This document shows positions 58,254 through 64,000 of a stretch of DNA of 64,000 nucleotides, in pieces. The notes beneath the pieces were generated by a model. It saw only the letters and a list, made by a program, of their open reading frames with translations. It was not told the DNA's origin and made no database searches. The stretch is taken from positions 3,663-67,662 of IMG/VR virus record IMGVR_UViG_2974751360_000001, one strand, 5' to 3'. Origin of the DNA: a virus (taxonomy: Duplodnaviria; Caudoviricetes). Position 1 is the first letter of the stretch; each line of letters starts with the position of its first letter. The translations under genes and the position numbers were made by a program.

Positions 58254-59087
58254 ATGACACTCACACACGTTGTCACCGTCCGCGACACCGTCACGTTGCG
58301 CCGGGATCTCTCGGCTACCGGGTACGTCGGCGCAGTTCACCCCGACGGCGTTACCGTGCGGGTGTCCTGGGAAGGCGCCGGGACCTCGACCCTCGAAAAC
58401 ATCGCCGACCTGTTCTATATCCTCCCCGCCGATCACGTAGGCGAGCGTCACACGGTTGATCTGCGGCCGGGCATCCCGACCGTGTGCGGCGAACACATTG
58501 TCGAGTACTCCGAAGAGTACGGCGACGACGAATACGTTGGGACCTGCGCGCACCCGGCCGGTCACGACGGCGACCACGCCGTCGAGAGCGTCGAGATCAC
58601 TCGCCAGTACTCCGACGGGACCAAATACGTCGAGACGTTCACCCGTAGCGCAACGGGCGAGTACACCACGGCCGCGGGTGAGATTGTTGACGCAACCGAC
58701 GCCGATACGCTGCGCGCGGCCGTCGAGTCGATTGACGCTCACTACGGCGCCGACGTCGAGACCGACCCGCGGTGCGTTGCCTGCGGTGAGCCGATCGACT
58801 ACTGCCAAGGACACGGCGAGATCGGCGATCCGGTCGGCGCGGCGATCCTCGACGCGCACGACGACGGCGACCACAACAACTGTCACCCGCTGGGCTGCGA
58901 TGAGACGCCGGTCCCGGCCGTCGGCGCGTCTGTGTTCGTCACCGACCCGGCCGCACCCGGTTTTCACGGGACCATCACCGCGGTCGACGAGATCTCGCGC
59001 ACCGTCACCGTGTCGACGTGGACACGCGACGGTGAGCCGATCAATTACGGCGTGGCCGTGCGCGACGTCGTCGAGATCACCAAGTAG
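58254..59087 (+). CDS. acidic Cys/His-rich hypothetical protein
   Basis: CAHPAGHDGDH; CVACGEPIDYCQGHG; GAAAGGA RBS. Confidence 0.75.
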   Translation: MTLTHVVTVRDTVTLRRDLSATGYVGAVHPDGVTVRVSWEGAGTSTLENIADLFYILPADHVGERHTVDLRPGIPTVCGEHIVEYSEEYGDDEYVGTCAHPAGHDGDHAVESVEITRQYSDGTKYVETFTRSATGEYTTAAGEIVDATDADTLRAAVESIDAHYGADVETDPRCVACGEPIDYCQGHGEIGDPVGAAILDAHDDGDHNNCHPLGCDETPVPAVGASVFVTDPAAPGFHGTITAVDEISRTVTVSTWTRDGEPINYGVAVRDVVEITK

Positions 59088-59149
59088 ATCAACCCTCGCG
59101 GCCGGGTCACCTCGACCCGGCCGCACCCCTCACAGAACAGGAACATGAC

Positions 59150-59701
59150 ATGCGGATCCACACGACACTTACCTACGGCGATCTCTCCGACGCACTGCGC
59201 GCAGCAAACGAGATCACCGCGCAGATCTCGACCGACGTCGCGCCGAACAGTCACCGCGACGAGTACCGGCCGCACACGGTCACCCCGCTGCATTTCGAGC
59301 GATGCAGCACACATGGTTCACGTACTCACTCGCGCGCGTTCGACGTGATGTTGTCCGGCGACGCGACGAACCATCACAACACAGGTTGTTACGGCGCCGG
59401 GAACGATTACGCGGCGACGTGGGATCAATGGGGCCTATTCCTGTCGGAGTTGTTCGCGAGGGATGAGTACATCCGCATTCCGCAGATCTATCACGACGCC
59501 GAACACTTCCATTGGGCAACCGGCGACCGGTATCGGCGCGAGATCTGGACACCGGCGCAGTATCACCGGCGTCACGGGTGGACGTTCTCCGGTGAGAGCG
59601 TCACCGGCGCGTACACGGTGAGTGAGTGCCGCGCCGACGCCTGCGCAGCGATCACCCGTCGTGTCGCGTGGGGCCGTAAGTGGTCGGAGATCTCGCAGTG
59701 A
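59150..59701 (+). CDS. hypothetical protein
   Basis: HGSRTH..AFDV.L; AATWDQWGLFL; repeated leader. Confidence 0.75.
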   Translation: MRIHTTLTYGDLSDALRAANEITAQISTDVAPNSHRDEYRPHTVTPLHFERCSTHGSRTHSRAFDVMLSGDATNHHNTGCYGAGNDYAATWDQWGLFLSELFARDEYIRIPQIYHDAEHFHWATGDRYRREIWTPAQYHRRHGWTFSGESVTGAYTVSECRADACAAITRRVAWGRKWSEISQ

Positions 59702-59865
59702 GGGCGACCGAACGTCGCGCGCTGCGCCGGATCACGGCCGACGCGCTCGCCGGTCTCGCAGCGATCCCGGCCGACACCGCTCACTACTGGCAAGCGCTCG
59801 ACACCCTGCACACGGCGCGCGCTCACCGTCGCGCGCTACTGATCTCGAAAGGCGAGGACCGATGA
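59698..59865 (+). CDS. small hypothetical protein
   Basis: GTGA and ATGA overlaps. Confidence 0.55.
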   Translation: MRATERRALRRITADALAGLAAIPADTAHYWQALDTLHTARAHRRALLISKGEDR

Positions 59866-60554
59866 ACGTCACGACACCCGACGGCCGGGTGATTGGCCGC
59901 GTGGATCTCACCCCGACCGACGTCGCAGCGCTCGCACACGGTGTCGGCGCCGGTGTCGAGTCACGGGTGCGCGCTCTCATCGCCTCGCAGCGCGCAGCGA
60001 TCGCAACCGGCGGCGGCTGGACACCGGGACCTCGACCCGCGGCCGACACGGCGCGCGAGGACATCCCGACCTCACCACGTCGGCGCCGTTGGTGGCCGTG
60101 GGTCGCCGGTGCGCTGTTCGCTCTCGCGTTGATCGGCTACGTCACCGACGAGGAGACCGACACCGGTGCCGCTGCGCCGACCTCGACCGGCGAGACCGTC
60201 ACCGTCGCGCCGCAACCGGCCGACGCACCTCGCGCAGTACCGGCCGCGGACGGTTCAATCCTTGTCGGGACCGTGGTCGTCGACAACGTATTCGACCGTG
60301 ACTCACCGCTGCGATCCCGGTTCGCCGGTGTCCTGATCTCGCACGGCGTCGCCGGGACCTCGGGCACCGAACTCGACGCGAACGTGCGCGACGGTGTGAC
60401 TTTCTGTCGAGATCTCGCCGTCGGCAACCTCACCGCGCAGCGGCACGCCGACGTCGTGACCGGGACCGCGGACGCTGCGACGTCATACGGTGTCGGAAAA
60501 CAACGGCGCGCAGTTGTCACCGCTGCGCTCTCGACCCTCTGCCCTGCTCTGTAA
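59862..60554 (+). CDS. membrane protein with DUF732-like C-terminal domain
   Basis: RRRRWWPWVAGALFALALIG TM; GVTFCRDL...LSTLCP. Confidence 0.65.
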   Translation: MNVTTPDGRVIGRVDLTPTDVAALAHGVGAGVESRVRALIASQRAAIATGGGWTPGPRPAADTAREDIPTSPRRRRWWPWVAGALFALALIGYVTDEETDTGAAAPTSTGETVTVAPQPADAPRAVPAADGSILVGTVVVDNVFDRDSPLRSRFAGVLISHGVAGTSGTELDANVRDGVTFCRDLAVGNLTAQRHADVVTGTADAATSYGVGKQRRAVVTAALSTLCPAL

Positions 60555-60579
60555 CCCTCACTCACACAAAGGATTAGAC

Positions 60580-61110
60580 ATGCATACTCGACAGACACCA
60601 TCCGGCGACGATTGGGACGTTACCCGTTTCCTCACCCTCGACGACGTCGCGACGTTTCTCGACCACGGCCAGACGCCCGCGGGACCGCGCAGCGGGTACG
60701 GCGAGTTTGCGCTACCCGTGCGGCTGCGCTGCGCCGTCGGCGACGACGGCCGGGTCCTTATCCGGCGCGTCTATGTGCTGAACTATGGCAACGGGGGAGG
60801 CACGCCGTACGTGTACGGCCGGGTGTCCGGTGAGCGGGTGCGTTTCTACCTCGACCCGCATGTACTCGCGTGGATTGAAGAACTGCGCGAGGTCGGTTGT
60901 ACCTGCGTCGGTGTCGGTCTGCGAGACCTGCGCGCAGCGCGCGCGACAGACGCGCAATGGGCGAGGGATCACGGATACACCGAACGTCTGCGTGAGGACG
61001 GTTCACCACACCGGCGCCTGCGCGAGTATCTGACGTCACGGCCGGATGACCGGGGCCGGTTGACGCGCGAGGGTCGGCTCTACTTCGCGCAGCGGGCGAG
61101 CGCACTGTGA
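60580..61110 (+). CDS. hypothetical protein
   Basis: Repeated leader; RRVYVLNYGNGGG motif; 0 Lys. Confidence 0.7.
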   Translation: MHTRQTPSGDDWDVTRFLTLDDVATFLDHGQTPAGPRSGYGEFALPVRLRCAVGDDGRVLIRRVYVLNYGNGGGTPYVYGRVSGERVRFYLDPHVLAWIEELREVGCTCVGVGLRDLRAARATDAQWARDHGYTERLREDGSPHRRLREYLTSRPDDRGRLTREGRLYFAQRASAL

Positions 61111-61325
61111 GCGCGGGCGAAGTGCGCGACGTGATGCACGACGTCGTCGGTGTCGGCGATCTCATCATTTGTCGCGGCGAGTATCACCGGGTGACGGCCG
61201 TCGTCGAGTACGGCCCCGGCGACGCACCGGACACGGCGCCTATGAGGCGGGATTGGTGGGTGCGGGAATATCGGACGGCCGTAGGTAGTCGGTGGCGAGG
61301 CTTCCCGCAACGGCCGACCGACTGA
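61107..61325 (+). CDS. small hypothetical protein
   Basis: GTGA overlap. Confidence 0.55.
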   Translation: MSAGEVRDVMHDVVGVGDLIICRGEYHRVTAVVEYGPGDAPDTAPMRRDWWVREYRTAVGSRWRGFPQRPTD

Positions 61326-61375
61326 CTGACATCGCGAGACCTGGACACCCGGCGTGAACTGCGCCGGGTGTCTAC

Positions 61376-61404
61376 TTGTGTCGGTTGACGTCAACGGGTA
61401 ATGT
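61376..61404 (+). promoter_or_regulatory. promoter with TTGACGTCAA in the spacer
   Basis: TTGTGT-17 bp-TAATGT. Confidence 0.65.
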
Positions 61405-61451
61405 CCGGGGTGTCGGTGAGAGACACCGGCGCACCCCGAAAGGATCGACCC

Positions 61452-61802
61452 ATGACACTCAATCGCCTCGCCGCCAATCGCGAAACCATCGCCCGTGTGC
61501 AGGCAACGCGCGGTCTCACCGTGTCCGAACGCCTTGTCGCCGGTCCGGCCGTCGCCGATGCTCGCGAGGCCTCGCGCAACGGCTGGACAATCACGTACCT
61601 CGACCCCTACGCGCTCGCCGTGGTCGACGCTCGCGACGGTTTCACGGTCACCGCGCAGTACTCGCGCGCCAGCAACGGCGTCACGTTCGCTGAGACCTCG
61701 CACGGCGGGAACACTCGACAGGTCGGCCGACGCAACGGCGTCACGCTGCGCGAGCAACTGCGGACCATCCTCGCGCCGATCACCCCGGCGTCCGACAACT
61801 GA
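61452..61802 (+). CDS. hypothetical protein
   Basis: GAAAGGA RBS; 0 Lys. Confidence 0.7.
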   Translation: MTLNRLAANRETIARVQATRGLTVSERLVAGPAVADAREASRNGWTITYLDPYALAVVDARDGFTVTAQYSRASNGVTFAETSHGGNTRQVGRRNGVTLREQLRTILAPITPASDN

Positions 61803-61811
61803 TCACCCCGG

Positions 61812-61841
61812 CGCCGGGACACGCACTGTGTCCCGGCGTTT
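61812..61841 (+). terminator. hairpin plus TTT (terminator or processing site)
   Basis: CGCCGGGACAC-loop-GTGTCCCGGCG-TTT. Confidence 0.5.
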
Positions 61842-61879
61842 CCTCATCTGACAACAACCGATCTCGAAAGGATCACCCC

Positions 61880-62401
61880 ATGACACACAACAACCTCGCA
61901 GTCGGCGACCGGGTCACGGTCGCAGTGACGGCCGCAACGGCTCACCTCACCGGACACACGCCGCGCGTCGAGACCGGGCACGTGTTCCGCGTCGAGAGCG
62001 TCGACCGGGATACGGCCGTTGTCACGCCGGATTACCCGATGCTGTACACGGCGCCTCATCAGACGGTCGTCGCCGTCGACGACTGCGCGCCGGTCACTCA
62101 CCTGTTCACAGTGCGCCGGTTGTCCGCGTTGAACGTGCGAGCGCTGCGCGAGGCACGCGACGCCGGGCAACTCACCGGCGTGCAGGACATCACCCCGACC
62201 ATGGTCACGTTCTACGGGAACACACCGGCCGACGTGATTGTGCGTCTCGACATCGCCCGGGATCGCCTCGCGTCGGTGTGGGGGACCCGCGGACACCCGG
62301 TTGCCTCACTCCCGGCCGTCCGTCGGAAACTCGACCGCGCAGCGCGAGGCGAGGGCACCGGCGCCGTGTCGGCACGCGAGATCTCGCGGGGTGATCGGTG
62401 A
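61880..62401 (+). CDS. hypothetical protein
   Basis: GAAAGGA RBS; 173 aa. Confidence 0.7.
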   Translation: MTHNNLAVGDRVTVAVTAATAHLTGHTPRVETGHVFRVESVDRDTAVVTPDYPMLYTAPHQTVVAVDDCAPVTHLFTVRRLSALNVRALREARDAGQLTGVQDITPTMVTFYGNTPADVIVRLDIARDRLASVWGTRGHPVASLPAVRRKLDRAARGEGTGAVSAREISRGDR

Positions 62402-62943
62402 TGTTTCGTTGCCAGAACTGCGGCGAGCACACCGTCGCCGAACCACTCGCCCGTCACTGCGAGACCTGCGCAGCGTTGCGGATCGCTTTCGGCGAGGACA
62501 TCGCGCACGGCCTCGAGAGCGTCGCGCGCGGGTACGTCGACGCGCTGTGCTGGACACAACCGGATTACTACGGCGACGGCGACGACAACGGCGACGGCGA
62601 GGATCGAACGTTGCGAGATCTCGGCTACGGGTACGGCGATCTCCACCCCGGGACCCGGGACCGGATCACGGCCGAACTGTCGGCCGTTGTCGCAGCGCAC
62701 CCGTTGGCCGTGCGCATGTACGGCGCAGCTCGGACTTTCAACGCCGGTGACGGCGACGTCTGGGAACACTTCGGACATGACTACCTGCTCACTCGCGACG
62801 GTCACGGCGCCGGATTCTGGGACCGCGGGTTAGGCGATCTCGGCGAGTACCTGTCGACCATCGCCGGTAACGCAGGCGATCACGTCGAACTGTGGCGAGA
62901 CGCTAACGGTCTCCTCACCGACGGCGACGACGGCGACGGTTGA
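62398..62943 (+). CDS. conserved phage hypothetical protein (GHDxxLTRxGHGAGFWD motif)
   Basis: YVDALCW...GHDYLLTRDGHGAGFWDRG. Confidence 0.75.
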   Translation: MMFRCQNCGEHTVAEPLARHCETCAALRIAFGEDIAHGLESVARGYVDALCWTQPDYYGDGDDNGDGEDRTLRDLGYGYGDLHPGTRDRITAELSAVVAAHPLAVRMYGAARTFNAGDGDVWEHFGHDYLLTRDGHGAGFWDRGLGDLGEYLSTIAGNAGDHVELWRDANGLLTDGDDGDG

Positions 62944-63235
62944 TACCCTCGCAGCGCTCGCGCGCCGGTGTCATGTCCCGGTGACGTGACGCGACACCCG
63001 CACCCCGGTTCGACTTCGGTCGGCCGGGGTGTCTCGCGTTTGGCGCCGTGTGCGGCGTGTGAGCGCGCAGCGCAGCGGGTGAGGGTGATTGATCCCGGCG
63101 AGGCGAGATCGGCCGCGTGTGGGGATCTCGCGGCGCACACGGGCCGGTGTGGTCGGTCGGGTGCGCAGGCGAGGGGTGACACGGGTAGGGGTGTCCTGGG
63201 AGGGGTGTCTATACACGGGTCGAGATCTGCGCCGT

Positions 63236-63412
63236 TGAACGATTGAAACGTTTCAATCGACCACGGTATCGACGGGTGAGGGTGAGCGCAGATAGATATA
63301 TGAATGAGAGGGGATCTATATACATGCGAGGAAATGTGAAAAATGAACGATTGAAACGTTTCAATTCCCTATTTTATCGAGGCTGGTCATTTCGCAGATA
63401 GATATGAATGAA
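63236..63412. repeat. duplicated unit of about 107 bp with palindrome ATTGAAACGTTTCAAT, in an AT-rich island
   Basis: TGAACGATTGAAACGTTTCAAT at 63236 and 63344; CGCAGATAGATA(TA)TGAATGA at 63287 and 63393. Confidence 0.8.
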
Positions 63413-63561
63413 TAGAAAAATGATTCTTAGAATTGATTGTAATAGGCATTGTATTGGGGGGGGGTAGGGGTCCTATATAGGGGTATTTATGCATATTCCA
63501 ATATATTTAGATGTTCTAACTATATTTGTTGAAATAATTCTGAGATATTTCGAGAATTAGT

Positions 63562-63590
63562 TTGCACAATTGACGTCAACTGTGTAAGGT
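63562..63590 (+). promoter_or_regulatory. promoter with TTGACGTCAA in the spacer and AT-rich upstream element
   Basis: TTGCAC-17 bp-TAAGGT. Confidence 0.7.
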
Positions 63591-63632
63591 AATAGGTGTA
63601 AGGCAAACACAGAAACGAAATGAGGAAACGAA

Positions 63633-63836
63633 ATGATCGCAACAATCGACACCCCCGCAACCGGTACCGTCACGGCGCAGTTCGACACCATGGGGGAGGC
63701 ATCCGAATGGATCGTCGACGTGGTGCGAGCGCAGTACGGCCCCTCACGTGACGGGGTGCGGATCACCGGCGAGGGCCTGCGGGGTGAGTTGGAAGACGAC
63801 ACCTACGGCGTGATCGGGACATGGTCGCTCGCCTGA
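63633..63836 (+). CDS. small hypothetical protein
   Basis: GAGG RBS; 67 aa; 0 Lys. Confidence 0.65.
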   Translation: MIATIDTPATGTVTAQFDTMGEASEWIVDVVRAQYGPSRDGVRITGEGLRGELEDDTYGVIGTWSLA

Positions 63837-63850
63837 GAGCGCAGCGCACG

Positions 63851-63885
63851 ACGGCCGTACCCTACGGGGTGCGGCCGTTTTCGTT
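63851..63885 (+). terminator. intrinsic terminator
   Basis: ACGGCCGTACCC-loop-GGGTGCGGCCGT-TTTCGTT. Confidence 0.65.
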
Positions 63886-64000
63886 GGCGCAGCGTGGATC
63901 TCAGCGGGTGCGAGGGGTAGTGGGAGGCGAGGCACTGCGACGCCGACACCCCGGGGGTACACCCCTCCCCCGTGCCTGCGGCCGGGGGCCCGCCGCGTAC

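Noticed and set aside
62944-63235. GC-rich non-coding stretch with hairpins as a possible tRNA or ncRNA
   Set aside because: No cloverleaf or recognisable RNA family could be supported by eye.
63240-63365. ATTGAAAC / GTTTCAAT resemble the ends of CRISPR repeats
   Set aside because: Only two copies, fused as a palindrome about 108 bp apart; no repeat-spacer periodicity and no cas operon.

Overview
This window is most of a high-GC siphovirus genome of an actinobacterial host. By inference its layout resembles the Gordonia phages that have a split lysin A, a displaced lysin B and a DnaE polymerase. From left to right it holds: a rightward arm of small genes (HicA-like toxin, MazG-like protein, lysin B; 1-8.7 kb); the virion structure and assembly operon (8.7-34 kb); lysis genes (34-36.9 kb); a leftward replication/recombination block (primase-helicase, WhiB, HTH, RuvC, DnaE, SSB-like, AAA ATPase, Cas4-like nuclease, SNF2 helicase; 36.9-55.2 kb); and a rightward block of 14 unknown genes (55.7-63.8 kb). 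I found no integrase, tRNA or CRISPR array. The most notable signals are: (1) the right-arm proteins are almost lysine-free (8 Lys in about 2,330 aa), their DNA almost lacks AGCT, and they share repeated leader motifs; (2) three tandem LexA/SOS boxes sit at the divergence point next to that block; (3) a TTGACGTCAA palindrome overlaps eight sigma-A-like promoter sites plus one more intergenic site; (4) the endolysin may have three components, suggested by an internal RBS and a helix shared by both lysin A halves; (5) there are iteron-like decamers inside a gene and a duplicated palindrome in an AT-rich island. All counts were made by eye and need computational confirmation.
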